Of a stretch of 64,000 nucleotides of DNA, positions 9,872 to 20,483 are shown piece after piece (within the stretch, counting starts at the first letter, position 1; each line of letters starts with the position of its first letter). Position numbers and translations under genes: made by a program. Origin of the DNA: Pirellulales bacterium (GTDB lineage Bacteria > Planctomycetota > Planctomycetia > Pirellulales > PALSA-1355); contig CAVTBU010000006.1 in NCBI GenBank assembly GCA_963733035.1, positions 864,001 through 928,000 on the forward strand. Reading direction: 5' to 3'. The notes under the pieces were generated by a model. It did no database searches, was not told where the DNA came from, and worked only from the letters and a program-made list of their open reading frames with translations.

Positions 9872-10378
9872 ATGCTTAGTCAAGTCGTGCAAGACGGAAT
9901 CAACAAGCAGATCAACAACGAGCTCAGCGCCTCGTACATCTACCTGGCGATGAGCGCTTACTGCGAGCACGAGAACTTCACCGGCTGTGCCCGCTGGATG
10001 CGGCTGCAAAGCCAGGAAGAGCACGGCCACGCCATGCGACTGTTCGACTTTTTGCTGGCACGTGACGGCAAGGTGGTGCTCAAGACCATCACCGAGCCGA
10101 CGGTCAAGTTCAAGTCGCTCACCAACGTGTTCGAATCGGCCCTCGAGCAGGAACAAGGCACCACGGCCGAGATCGATCAACTGTACGAGCTGGCGATGAA
10201 GGAAAAGGCCTTTGCCGTGTTGGTCGAGCTGCAATGGTTCATTACCGAGCAGGTGGAAGAGGAAAAGACGGCTCGCGAAATCGTGGCCAAGTTCCACCTG
10301 ACAAAAGACGATCCCGCGGCCCTGCTCGATCTCGACCGTGAGCTCGGCGCCCGGACGCCCGACGCCGGCGCCGAGTAG
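9872..10378 (+). CDS. ftnA: Non-heme ferritin
   Basis: INKQINNELSASYIYLAMSAY, QSQEEHGHAM and LQWFITEQVEEEK ferroxidase-centre motifs. Confidence 0.95.
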   Translation: MLSQVVQDGINKQINNELSASYIYLAMSAYCEHENFTGCARWMRLQSQEEHGHAMRLFDFLLARDGKVVLKTITEPTVKFKSLTNVFESALEQEQGTTAEIDQLYELAMKEKAFAVLVELQWFITEQVEEEKTAREIVAKFHLTKDDPAALLDLDRELGARTPDAGAE

Positions 10379-11087
10379 CGCGGACCGTTCGGCTTCCGAC
10401 CGGCAACTTTCTGAGCAGCACGAGCGCAATCGTGCTGCTCTTCTTTTTTGCCGGGGCGTGTTCTCCGCAGCGACCAGCATGTCCGCATCTCCCACGTCAA
10501 AATGGCTGTCGTCGTGCCGGGGCACGAACGAGCAAGCGTTGCGATCGCTTGACCTGTGCATACCCGGCGAGCGGCATTTGGCGGGAATGGCTGGCGCGAT
10601 TTCAAGCCGGTAAAAGTGCGAGTTCTTTTTTCGGTGTCGCGGTGGCAGCGCGAGCGGCGATTGACGGGCTGCAAACTTCGCAACTGGCCCGGTTCGGAAT
10701 TCGCAAGATTTTCGAGTGGCATTTTTTCGGGATGAAAGTTGCGCGCACTTTTCTTTTCGCCTTTTGTAACCTGATAAATGACACCTGTCGTAGCCCGCAG
10801 CTTTCGTATTTTGCCCGGTATGAAACATGACGCCTCCCCGCGCCGCCCCTGTGCAGAATTGGCCGACCGTAGGCTAGCCCAGGTGCTGGCTCGATTGAAA
10901 GAGGCAAAGTCGCGAACGGGTGATCTGAAGATGGATGGCAGGAAGAATGCGACGCGATGCCAGGCCGAGGTGCCGCAACCTGCCCTTTATTTCGTCTGTT
11001 TAGTAAGTCCAATTCACCCAGTTGCGAGTCCGTGAACCGAGGGGAGTTCTGGAGAACTATCCGCGGGCAATGTTTCAGCGGAGATGC

Positions 11088-14000
11088 TCAGTGCGATGAT
11101 TGGCCAACCGTCCAGAAATGCATTGTGCCAAACGTACCATGTAGGGCGGCGCGGCTCCCTGTCGCAAGCAATTCATTGCCGGCAAAAGTGACCGCCGTCA
11201 GCGAGCCGAGGTCCTGCGCCAGCGTAAACAATTCTTCTCGCGTGGCTAAATTCCAGAGCCGGACACACCCATCGCTGCTCACCGTGGCAAGGCAACGCTG
11301 GTCGGACGAAAATGCGACGCCGGTGACCTCCAACTTGTGGCCGGCTAGCGAGGCAATCTTCCTACCCTTTTTCCATTCCCAGATTTGCGCGATCCGGTTG
11401 TTTCCTCCCACAGCCAAAAGCATGCCGTCAGGCGAGAAGGCGAGACAACGCATTTCATCCGTACAAACGTCGCCGAACGTTTTCAGGTGATTGCCCTGCG
11501 CGTCCCAGATCTTGAATCGCGCTGCGTCGCCGATGGTCGCTAAGATAGGCTCACGCGGAGCATACGCCAGGGCCATGAGGCGATCTTCGTAGGCCTGGAC
11601 ATGCATGAGTGGCTCGAACTCGTGTACGTTATACGTCACCAATTCACCCCGCGTACCGCCAGCGACAAGTTTTTTTCCGTCGGGCGAAAAAGCCAAGGCA
11701 GCGACGGCTGGAGACTCGCTGCGCCATACGGCAATTCGTTGTCTGCTGCGCGCATCCCAGACCTTGACATTTGCGTCATCGAATTGGCTCGCGGCTACGA
11801 AATTACCATCAGGCGAAATGGCCAGACTTTGCACGCGCCTGGTGTCATGGAGTTCATCCAGCCTTTCGGCATCTCCAGACGAAGGAGTCGGCACGGACCG
11901 CTGGGCCGACTGAGCGTTTGACTCATCCTTGAGGCAGATGGTCCAAATGGGCTTCCTGGAACGGACATCCAAAATGGCGATTTCGCCCAGCGCATTGCCG
12001 CGGGCCAGCGTTTGCCTGTCGCGAGTCAAGTCCAGTGCGGTTACTGCGCTACGATCATCGATGGTTTCCGGGCGAGTTGGCAACGGCAGTTTCCAGAGCT
12101 TGACGGTGCGATCTGCGCTCGCGGTAGCCAGGTATTCTCCATCGCGAGAAAACGCCAATGACCATACGCGCGTTCCATGGCCCCGCAGTTGTCGCAGGAA
12201 GGTGTCATCGCTCGAGCGGTATAGCTTGACAGTGCCGTCTTTGGCTGCGACGGCGTAATACTCCCCCGCGGGATGGAATTCTACGGCCTGTACCCAATCG
12301 TAGGTTCGTACGGCCTGACGGCGAACCTTGGTCGAAATCTCGTCGATCGGGCCCCCTCTGGAACCCCACAGATTTACGAACCGCTGCGAACATTGCCCGG
12401 TCAGTAGCAGATCACCATTGTGAGAAAGAGAAAGGCAGTTTACCCCTCCATCGTGCCGGAGTTGGCTGCGCTCTGTTCCGGTGGTAACGTCCCAGAGACG
12501 CACAGTCTTGTCGTCGCTGGCGGTGGCCAGAATCTTCCCGTCAGACGAAAACTGCAAGGCATGCACGGTGCCGGAGTGGCCGACGAATCTGGTCACGAGT
12601 TCACCAGTTTCGGCTTTGAAGAGAGCGACCTTCCCATTCAGTCCGCAACACGCGAGCGTATCACCAACCGGAGAAAACGCGACACCGACGGCGCGAGCGT
12701 CGTGCAGTTTCGCACGACTCACAAGGCGGCCATCGGCGGTGCTCCAGACGCGTATCGTGCCGTCGTCGCCGGCTGTGCCAAGCAGGTCTCCCGTCCGAGA
12801 GAATGCCACGCAGTTGACGTCCCCCACGTGCCCGTTAAACACGAACCGGCACTTTCCGTTTGCAACGTCCCAGATTCGCGCAGTTTGATCCTGGCTTGAC
12901 GTGGCCAGCAGGCGTCCATCGGGTGAGAAACGGACGCAGAATACCTCTCCGGTATGGCCGCGGATCGCGCGCTCGTGTTCATTCAGTTCGTTCCAAAGAT
13001 ATTGCCAGCCAAACGAGCGCTGTCCGGCTTCGCCCGTCAGGGATATCGCACGGCTCAAATGAACTCTTGCCTGGTCGATTTGGTCGGTGCTGATCGCTTG
13101 GTCGGCCAGTCTGACGTTGGCGGCGTACAGGTATTGCTCGGTGGTGAACATTTGTAGTTCGACCAGGTCGAGGGCCGCGCGCAACTGACTTGAGTACCAC
13201 CAACCGCCGCCCATGAGCAGGACGCTCGTGGCGAGGATAACGCTCAGCAGTGCCGCGACCGCCGGGCGCCGCCGGCACCATTTTGCGAGCTTTTCTGCGC
13301 CGATTGTCGGTCGAGCCCAGGTGGATTCACCGTTGAGAAACCGCTGCAAATCGTCGGCCAGATGTTCCGCCGTAGGGTATCGATTCGCCGGTTTTTGTTC
13401 AAGGCATTTGAAGGCTATCGCTTCGATATCGCGGGAGACCCTTGGGCGAAAACGCCGCAATGGCGGAACTTCTCCGCGCGCCACCAGCTGTAGTGTCCGC
13501 ACATCCGTTTGACCGCGGAACGGCGGCCGCCCAGCAATCAATTCAAACAGCAATACGCCCAGCGCGTATACGTCGGTCGTGGGGCCAATCTCCTCCAACT
13601 GACCGTTGGCTTGTTCCGGTGCCATGTATGCCGGCGTGCCAACCAGCGTTCCATTGTGCGTCTGGTCCTCACCCAACTCGGCCACCTTGGCCAGTCCGAA
13701 ATCGGTCAAGAGCGGTGTGAGATTGGGTTCCGCACCGCTCCCCTCATCTGGCAACGTCACGCTTCCGTCGATTTGCAGCAGGACATTGCTGGGCTTGATG
13801 TCTCGATGCAGTACGCCGCGCCGATGCGCGTGTTCGACGCCCCGCGCGAGCGACGCCACGATGGTCGCAGCCTGGCGTTCGGGAACTGGTTCCGTGCGCG
13901 CCTCGAGCCATTGTGCCAGGTTCGGCCCGCTGCACAGCGCCGAAGCGATATAGCAAATCGGCCCATCCTCGCCGACCTCGTGGATTGGAATCAGATTCGG

Positions 14001-14393
14001 ATGCGTCAGAAGTCCGGCAGCTTTGGCTTCGCGTAAAAACCGAGAACGCGCCGATCGACTGGAAATGACCTCAGGCCGAGGTATCTTTACGGCTACCTGG
14101 CGGCCGACTTGCGAATCGATCGCGGCGAAAACCACTCCAAAACCGCCGCGACCGACCTCGCGGATAATCTCGAAACGCCCGATCCGCCGGGGAGGCCGAC
14201 CGACGGCATCCTTGTTTCGCCGAAACTGCTCCAAGAGCCGTAGGCACTCTTCAAGTTGTTTGAGTTCCGCCGCTGACGAATCATCAAGCGTCGAATCGAA
14301 CTTGATTTCCGCGGCATCGCTGGCGATCACGTCGTGAAGGGCTTCGAGCCAATGCGAATCGTCGGGGTTGGCACCGTGCTCAGGATTGATCAT
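11088..14393 (-). CDS. Hanks-type Ser/Thr protein kinase with TM helix and WD40 repeats
   Basis: GRGGFG, VAVK, HRDIKPSN, DFG, GTPAYMAPE; TM segment; many GH...FSPDG...WD repeats. Overlaps the end of the sigma gene. Confidence 0.95.
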   Translation of the reverse strand: MINPEHGANPDDSHWLEALHDVIASDAAEIKFDSTLDDSSAAELKQLEECLRLLEQFRRNKDAVGRPPRRIGRFEIIREVGRGGFGVVFAAIDSQVGRQVAVKIPRPEVISSRSARSRFLREAKAAGLLTHPNLIPIHEVGEDGPICYIASALCSGPNLAQWLEARTEPVPERQAATIVASLARGVEHAHRRGVLHRDIKPSNVLLQIDGSVTLPDEGSGAEPNLTPLLTDFGLAKVAELGEDQTHNGTLVGTPAYMAPEQANGQLEEIGPTTDVYALGVLLFELIAGRPPFRGQTDVRTLQLVARGEVPPLRRFRPRVSRDIEAIAFKCLEQKPANRYPTAEHLADDLQRFLNGESTWARPTIGAEKLAKWCRRRPAVAALLSVILATSVLLMGGGWWYSSQLRAALDLVELQMFTTEQYLYAANVRLADQAISTDQIDQARVHLSRAISLTGEAGQRSFGWQYLWNELNEHERAIRGHTGEVFCVRFSPDGRLLATSSQDQTARIWDVANGKCRFVFNGHVGDVNCVAFSRTGDLLGTAGDDGTIRVWSTADGRLVSRAKLHDARAVGVAFSPVGDTLACCGLNGKVALFKAETGELVTRFVGHSGTVHALQFSSDGKILATASDDKTVRLWDVTTGTERSQLRHDGGVNCLSLSHNGDLLLTGQCSQRFVNLWGSRGGPIDEISTKVRRQAVRTYDWVQAVEFHPAGEYYAVAAKDGTVKLYRSSDDTFLRQLRGHGTRVWSLAFSRDGEYLATASADRTVKLWKLPLPTRPETIDDRSAVTALDLTRDRQTLARGNALGEIAILDVRSRKPIWTICLKDESNAQSAQRSVPTPSSGDAERLDELHDTRRVQSLAISPDGNFVAASQFDDANVKVWDARSRQRIAVWRSESPAVAALAFSPDGKKLVAGGTRGELVTYNVHEFEPLMHVQAYEDRLMALAYAPREPILATIGDAARFKIWDAQGNHLKTFGDVCTDEMRCLAFSPDGMLLAVGGNNRIAQIWEWKKGRKIASLAGHKLEVTGVAFSSDQRCLATVSSDGCVRLWNLATREELFTLAQDLGSLTAVTFAGNELLATGSRAALHGTFGTMHFWTVGQSSH

Positions 14394-15038
14394 GTCTCGA
14401 CCCCAGGTCAGCCGTTAGACGCTGAAGTGCCCGCTTCCACAACTTTCGTGCCGCGTCCTGGCTCACGTCGATCAGTTCACCGATCTCGATAAACGACAGA
14501 TATTCGATATTGCGCAGGCGAATAATCTCCGCGTAGTGACTCGGCAATTCGTCGATTGCCGCGAGAAGTCGTTCGAGGTTCTCGTTCTCCATGGCGCAAC
14601 CGCTGGGCGAGGTTTCCTCGCTTACCAGGTACTGACCAGAATTGTCTTGCGACCCCGTCGGCGCAATCGGGACCTCGCATGCGACGTTTCGCTTGATGGT
14701 GTCGCGAAACGCGCGAGTTGAATCGCGAATGTTGTTCAGGAGCACCCTTCGGAGCCAGGCGCGCAGTTCCTGTTCGTCGTGACCCCGAAACATATCAAAC
14801 TTCTCCCAAGCTTCCGCTAGGCTCTGTTGAACCAAGTCGCTCGGCGCGACTTTGGGACGGATGTCGTCGGGAACTTTTTGATTGGCAATCATTTGGAGAT
14901 AGTTGCGACATCTCTCAAGCAAAGTGCTGCGCGCCCGCGCGAGTCGGCGCGGGCTTGCAAGATCTGCTGCCCGAAATGCAGTTTCCCCGCCGCGGAATCT
15001 TCTCGCCGCTGCAGGTCCGAATCCGTCGAACGGTACAT
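14380..15038 (-). CDS. Planctomycete-type ECF sigma-70 factor; apparent frameshift near 14935
   Basis: LLERCRNYL...SDLVQQS...LRAWLRRVLLNN...SPS...DAARKLWKRAL. The N-terminus (MYRSTD...QQILQARADSR) is in an adjacent frame and joins if the G run at 14934-14936 is one base longer. Confidence 0.88.
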
Positions 15039-15506
15039 TTTTGATCTCGCGATCGCACTGAGGCGAAAAGGTTTACGGCGGGGGAAGCAAGAAAGTCGGT
15101 TGACTTTGGACACTCGCTCGGAGATCCGATTGTCGGTCTGGAGGATTGAGTCCAGAGCGGGATTTTCATTTGGGTATTGATTTGCCGGCTCGGCACTGCC
15201 GACAAGCTACAGACCTACCGATTCTGACGCACCTTAGGGCCAAACGCAAATCTTTCTCCTGAAACGCATGGCCCCAGCGGACTTGGGACACAAGTGTCGC
15301 CCCGCTTGAACCCCCCCGCCCGGTACACATCGTCGTGCCGCAACGGCCCTGACTTCAAGCAGCGAAAACGGCGGACGGTTTTTTCTGTGTTGCGCGTGTC
15401 GCGCCAGCGGCGAGCGCTTTCTCGACGACCTCGCATTACTTTGCAACGTCGGAGAGGCAAGTTACCGGTACGACCCACAGACGGCATCCCATTGCCCACC
15501 AGTCTC

Positions 15507-15969
15507 ATGAATACGATTGAACTTGCGGATCAGCGGTTTATTGTCGAACGGTTTGCACTGCCCCGCGAGGAGCAAGTTACTGCGCTCGAACGCCGCTTGG
15601 CAACGAGTTTTCCGGACGACTACCGTAAATTCGTACTGAACTTCAACGGCGGGATCTTTAGCGAGCCGGCGATTCTGGCGGAGGAGGAGTTGGCTCGGGG
15701 GGATGGTCTCACGTGTCTGCATGGCATTGGTTCGGAATGCGACGAAACCGAGTTGGGCGATCCAGGTTGCCGGGCGCTGTTCGCGGACAATGATTCGCCC
15801 AGCTTCGTTCCCATCGGCCACAGGGCGCTCGGCGGCCTGCCTGACCTTGGCCACTCAGGACGAAGGACGGGGCTCAATCTATCTCAAGCAAGCTTGTGGC
15901 GGCTTGTTTCACGTTGCCGGCAGAATCGAGAAGTTTTTCGGATTGCTTCGCGCTCCGAGGAGTGCGTGA
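15507..15969 (+). pseudogene. SMI1/KNR4 (SUKH) family protein, frameshifted near 15840
   Basis: LERRLATSFPDDYRKFVLNFNGG and VPIG...GG, then the continuation LTLATQDEGRGSIYL...VAGRIEKFFGLL in another frame. May be an assembly error. Confidence 0.7.
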
Positions 15970-16064
15970 GACGAAACGTGTAAGCGGCCGGGATGGTCAA
16001 AAGGCAAACGCGGTATCCGCGGCTGTTTTCCAAGCTTGTCAATCGCGCTATTCGTGGTCGCTTG

Positions 16065-17222
16065 TTATCGCCTGCTTTTGGCGTGCCGGCGCCAGACAGC
16101 GGCCAGCGACAAGACGGCGAGGCCGGCCAGCACCAGGCTCGATGGCTCAGGCACCACGAGCGGTGTCAAATCGTCGAAGATGTACGACGGCGAGACGAAG
16201 AGCGGGTAGACGTCGGTGTTGTCGGCGCCGTTCGACAGGACGCCGCCGATGTCGATGGCACCGATCACGCCCGCTCGCCCGGTGAACACCAGATGCCCTG
16301 CGCCGTCGGCGCGGATGCCGTCGACATCTCCCTTCAAGAGCGCTAACCCGCCCGGCAGGCCGGCGGCGACTTGAGCCGGGTCGATGAAGTAGCCCGGCAT
16401 CGCGCCGGGGGAAGTGACCGGCATCCCGGTCAGCGGATCCCAGGCGATCACTTCTCCGGTAACGATATTGGTGCCGAACAGCAGGCCGGAGCCGGGGTCG
16501 AAGTCAAGCTCATCCGAACCATCGGTGGCGCCGGAGAGCCCCGGAATATCGATCGATGGCGCCATGCCGTCCCACAGACCGCCCGGACCCAGGCCGATGC
16601 TGACCAGCGCCCGCATCCCTGCATGACCGGGATCGGCAGCGAACGTAAAGAGGCGCAGGCCGCCGAGTGTCGGCACAATCTCGACCCCTTCCAAATTCAC
16701 CAATCCGGCGGCGGCGGCGTCGAAGACGAGCTCTTCGGGTGCGCCAGTGAACGACCCGCGGACAATGCGATGATCGGTCGTGGTGCCGAAGCCGAATTGA
16801 TTCTCGATGTAATAGAAATGCGTGGGAGTGCTGAGCACCGACGAAGGATGCGATCCTGGCGCGGGAGGAGGCGCGCCCGGTGAGATGGCGTCGGTCAAGG
16901 CGATGTAATCCGGCAGCATCGTTCCGGCGACGACGTCGTAGTGCGTGATCTTTCCGGTGGGCACGCCGACGACCACCTCGTGATTGCTCGTGCCCGGCAC
17001 GTAGTCGATCCCGTCGAGAGCAAGGCCGCGGGTTTCGGTGTAGGCCGTGCTGACCGTACCGCTGCCGGGTAGCGCCGGGTCGGCGTCGACTTTGAAAATG
17101 ACGTCGCTTGCCCCAAGTTCACCAGTAACGTAGAACCGCAAAGGTGCCGCGGTCGCCGCGTGATAAGAGATCGAGAAAAGCGCGGCAGAGAGCCAGAACG
17201 GTGTGATGCGGGAGCAGTGCAT
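16065..17222 (-). CDS. PEP-CTERM sorting domain protein
   Basis: Signal peptide; C-terminal VPEPSSLVLAGLAVLSLAAVWRRHAKSRR. Confidence 0.9.
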   Translation of the reverse strand: MHCSRITPFWLSAALFSISYHAATAAPLRFYVTGELGASDVIFKVDADPALPGSGTVSTAYTETRGLALDGIDYVPGTSNHEVVVGVPTGKITHYDVVAGTMLPDYIALTDAISPGAPPPAPGSHPSSVLSTPTHFYYIENQFGFGTTTDHRIVRGSFTGAPEELVFDAAAAGLVNLEGVEIVPTLGGLRLFTFAADPGHAGMRALVSIGLGPGGLWDGMAPSIDIPGLSGATDGSDELDFDPGSGLLFGTNIVTGEVIAWDPLTGMPVTSPGAMPGYFIDPAQVAAGLPGGLALLKGDVDGIRADGAGHLVFTGRAGVIGAIDIGGVLSNGADNTDVYPLFVSPSYIFDDLTPLVVPEPSSLVLAGLAVLSLAAVWRRHAKSRR

Positions 17223-17816
17223 TAGTCACCTCGGGGGTCGGAGAGAGGATTTTGCGTTGCGTTGGCCTCCAGGAAACCACAGTTTGCATCGTGGAATCGC
17301 CACGATACTGAGCGAGTTTGTTTTTGCTCGCTCGAAAAATCGAACTTGACGCAACACAGTCTAAGACGCCGGGATTAGCGAGGGCAAGCTTTTTTTGATT
17401 ATTATCAGTGAAGTTGCGGTGAATTTTCGCAATTGCAGGGTGCCGGGGCGAGTGGCACCGGCTAGGAAAAATGAGCGCAGGTCGATGTGGTAAGTAGGTT
17501 TGTAGGACCCGGTTGGCGGGCAAGGGGCCGAACCCACCTGGCGGGAAAATGGCTATCAGGGACGTGCCGCCCGACACACCGCTTACTTGGTTGAACGAAC
17601 GTTCTTTGCGAGGTGGAGAGGCCGATGCCGCGCATTTCACGCCGCGGCAACGTGAGTCGCAGCGCGCTGAACCTTGGGCCGTTTTCGAAATTGGAGATTT
17701 AGAACGGCTGTATGCGATAGTCGGGCAACTTGCCGGCGCGTAAGCAATAGCCGGACGATGTCCGATGAACAGGGCAGGGGCAATTTCCAATACTGCTTTG
17801 TGGAAAAAGCCCCGGC

Positions 17817-18797
17817 ATGCGATATGCAATCTACCTTCTCATTCTGACGTGCATCCTGGTCCGCACGCCCTCCGTCAGCCGCGCTGACAGCTTGAGCCAG
17901 TCGTTTGAGGACCAGGAGTCAACCGTTGCCGCAGCCTGCTCGTGCGACTGCCCGTGCTACGACTGCTGCGACTCGTTCAACGGCCGGCGGCGATTCCTGG
18001 GATTCTTGCCCAGCGATCATTGTTTCGACAGTTTCGTCAGCCCACTGTCGAATCCGTTCTTCTTCGAAGACCCGCGTTCGCTGACGGAAGTGCGGGGTAT
18101 TTTCATCGACAATAGCCTGCCTGCGAGCCTGGCGGGGGGTGACTTTCAGCTTTATGCTGCGCAACTGCGCGGACGCGTAACAGACCGAGTGAGTGTCATC
18201 GCCCCGCGACTTGGGTTTTTCAATGTGAATCAGGCCGGCGGCGGAACTCCAAACGGCTTTCTCTCGACGCCCGTCGGCTTCAAATTCAACTTCCTGCGAG
18301 ACGTCGAACGGCAACTGCTGGTCAGCGGCGGATTGACGTATTTCATCAAAGGTTCCGGACGCGCACTGTCAAATTTCGGCGATGGAGATTTTCACCTGTT
18401 TCTAACGGCTGGCAAACAGATTTTCGACCGCGGCCACTGGCTGAGTGCGACGGGCTTCCGCCTGCCCGGCAATACCAACTGGGGAACCCAGATGTGGTAT
18501 TGGTCGAACCAGTGGGACTACGAAGTGGCAAGCGGCATCTATGGTTTGCTGGGCATCAACTGGTACCACTGGATGCGCAGCTCGGGGCTCGACCTTGGGG
18601 TTCCCGTCACCGGCTTGGACATTCTCAATCTGCCCAGCGGACATGTCGCGGGTAACAACGTCGTGACCGGCGTGGCCGGCGTGAAGTGGAAGCCAAGTCC
18701 GCACTGCGAAGTCGGCACGGGTTATGAATTCCCCCTCACCAGCCGCACCGATATTCTCGCCAATCGACTGTACGTCGATTTCATCTTGCGGTATTAG
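17817..18797 (+). CDS. Secreted protein, probable outer-membrane beta-barrel
   Basis: Signal peptide, Cys-rich linker, SPLSNPFFFEDPR motif, amphipathic strands, C-terminal aromatic residue (DFILRY). Confidence 0.75.
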   Translation: MRYAIYLLILTCILVRTPSVSRADSLSQSFEDQESTVAAACSCDCPCYDCCDSFNGRRRFLGFLPSDHCFDSFVSPLSNPFFFEDPRSLTEVRGIFIDNSLPASLAGGDFQLYAAQLRGRVTDRVSVIAPRLGFFNVNQAGGGTPNGFLSTPVGFKFNFLRDVERQLLVSGGLTYFIKGSGRALSNFGDGDFHLFLTAGKQIFDRGHWLSATGFRLPGNTNWGTQMWYWSNQWDYEVASGIYGLLGINWYHWMRSSGLDLGVPVTGLDILNLPSGHVAGNNVVTGVAGVKWKPSPHCEVGTGYEFPLTSRTDILANRLYVDFILRY

Positions 18798-18852
18798 CCG
18801 GGTCTGCCCGGTCGCCGCGATATCGCGCCGGCTTTAGTTCGTACCCTTGGAA

Positions 18853-19023
18853 TCAACTGCTTCGCGCCGCGCGGTCTTCGAGCAGCTTGGACTGCAGGGC
18901 GGCGCGTTCGGCGTGGAGCTCGTCGACTCGTGCGATGGAGAGCCGCGGGTTTTGGATGGCTTTGTTGAGCTCCTTGACCCGTTTGATGACGTTCGCCCGC
19001 TCGCGTGGATTCAGTTTTTCCAT
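18853..19023 (-). CDS. Small coiled-coil-like protein (56 aa, not in ORF track)
   Basis: GGAGG RBS before ATG; MEKLNPRERANVIKRVKELNKAIQNPRLSIARVDELHAERAALQSKLLEDRAARSS; GC-rich third positions. Confidence 0.7.
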   Translation of the reverse strand: MEKLNPRERANVIKRVKELNKAIQNPRLSIARVDELHAERAALQSKLLEDRAARSS

Positions 19024-19184
19024 GGGACGTCCTCCCGATAGGACTCAACAGGAGATTCGGGGGCGTTGACACGACGCTCCCTATCAAATCCTAGCTCCAA
19101 ACCGCGGCGCACGCCGGCGGGAAGCTTTCAGCGAGGTTCAATTCAGCGGGGAGCAGCCCGGAAATTGTCGCCTTTGACGTGACT

Positions 19185-20357
19185 TCACTCGGACTGGCGC
19201 TTCAACCGAAACGTGTCCAGCACGATCGACTGGTCGACTTTGCCGTAGGCGTCGTCGGCTCCGACGTGGGCGAAGTTGAAAATCTGGCCGTCGGGCGTTT
19301 GCAGGCTGCGCGGATAGTAGGCCGAGGCGGGCACGTCGAGCTTGTGCCAGGATTGACCGGCGTCGGTGGTCCAGTGAATGCCGCTGGTGGCGATGTGCAG
19401 GATCGGGCCTTCACGCGTCGCGAGCAGCTCGGGATGCCCGCTGTAGGGCAGCTCGGTGGGGCCGGCCGTCTGGGCGATCCAGGTATCGCCGGACTTTTTG
19501 AGCGTGCTCTGCCAACGGTTGGTGGCGCCCGCGCGGCGAAAGACGCAAAACAAGTCGCCGTTGGCCAACTCGGCGGCGTCGAACTCCTCGGTCCAGCCGT
19601 CGCGCTGTTCAGGGAGGCTGGCGGCGATCGGCCCCTGCCAGGTGCGGCCTTGATCGGACGAGACCAACAGAAAGGGTTCGATTTCCTTGCTGAGTTCTTC
19701 GCGCGTCTGGCTGCCGACTGCCGCGCGAGTGAGTCCGCCCAGCACCACGACGCGTCCGTCGCGCAGCACGCGAATCCGCCGGAGCCAGGTGAAGTACTTC
19801 GCCGGGTCGATTGGAACCTGGGGCTTGCTCCATGTTTGCGTGCCGTCGGTGGAGCGTTGGATGAAGCCGGTCTGCGGCAGCTCGGGGTTGTAGGGGAGAT
19901 AAAACCCATGCACGCCGCGGATCACCGTTCCGTCGGGCAGCGCGGTTTCGGCTTCGCCTGTGATGCCGTTCATGCACGACTTGTACGGGTCGGCACTCAC
20001 CTGCTGCCAGGATTGGCCGGCGTCGGTGGAACGGAGATGGACGTTGCGCAGGTCCAGGCCCGTCATGTCGTAGTCCGGCCGGCCCGGCGGGGGCCACCAC
20101 AGTCGATGCTGAATATCTTGCGGCGCACGCGGACGACCATCGACCGGCCCGGTGGCCTGCGTGAAGCAGACCATCAGGCTGCCGTCGGGCATTTGCCAGG
20201 CGCCACACCAACTGGTAAAGCCCGGCGTTTGCGGCGAGTGATAGATTGTGCGGCGCTGGTAATCAGCGGCGGAGAATTCGTCGGCACAGGCGGCGGTAAC
20301 AAGGGCACAGAGTGCCAAACCGGCCACGGCGGACCGCAACCGTGAACGCGTTCGCAT
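19185..20357 (-). CDS. Secreted sialidase-family / BNR (Asp-box) repeat protein
   Basis: Signal peptide; Asp boxes STDAGQSW, STDGTQTW, SSDQGRTW, TTDAGQSW. Confidence 0.85.
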   Translation of the reverse strand: MRTRSRLRSAVAGLALCALVTAACADEFSAADYQRRTIYHSPQTPGFTSWCGAWQMPDGSLMVCFTQATGPVDGRPRAPQDIQHRLWWPPPGRPDYDMTGLDLRNVHLRSTDAGQSWQQVSADPYKSCMNGITGEAETALPDGTVIRGVHGFYLPYNPELPQTGFIQRSTDGTQTWSKPQVPIDPAKYFTWLRRIRVLRDGRVVVLGGLTRAAVGSQTREELSKEIEPFLLVSSDQGRTWQGPIAASLPEQRDGWTEEFDAAELANGDLFCVFRRAGATNRWQSTLKKSGDTWIAQTAGPTELPYSGHPELLATREGPILHIATSGIHWTTDAGQSWHKLDVPASAYYPRSLQTPDGQIFNFAHVGADDAYGKVDQSIVLDTFRLKRQSE

Positions 20358-20391
20358 GAAGAGTTCCTCTTGTGCAAGCCGTCAGCCGGGC

Positions 20392-20431
20392 GCGATTAAA
20401 GGGGACGAAGCGCGCCGTCCCCTTTAATCGC
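20392..20431. terminator. 16-bp perfect inverted repeat downstream of the TIGR03000 gene
   Basis: GCGATTAAAGGGGACG - 8 nt - CGTCCCCTTTAATCGC. Confidence 0.6.
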
Positions 20432-20483
20432 CCGTTGTCGTTTCGCAAAACGCGGCGTGGATGCTTTCGGCACCCGCCGGCCA

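Noticed and set aside
8651..10828. 725-aa minus-strand ORF
   Set aside because: Antisense shadow of the Cys-rich gene and ferritin; no domain signal; typical high-GC artefact.
10820..11035. Possible 71-aa ORF (MKHDASPRR...) between ferritin and the kinase
   Set aside because: No RBS, weak codon bias and no motif; cannot be supported.
17225..17340. Hairpins with GCAAAC and ACGCAAA upstream of the PEP-CTERM gene, resembling a c-di-GMP-I riboswitch
   Set aside because: No GNRA-capped P2 or receptor-bearing P3 in the right spacing; an Infernal search would be needed.
8815..17770. Recurring GCCGG...CCGATG motifs upstream of secreted-protein genes (near 8842 and 17750) as a sigma-28/ECF promoter
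   Set aside because: Spacing is inconsistent and such words are common at this GC content.
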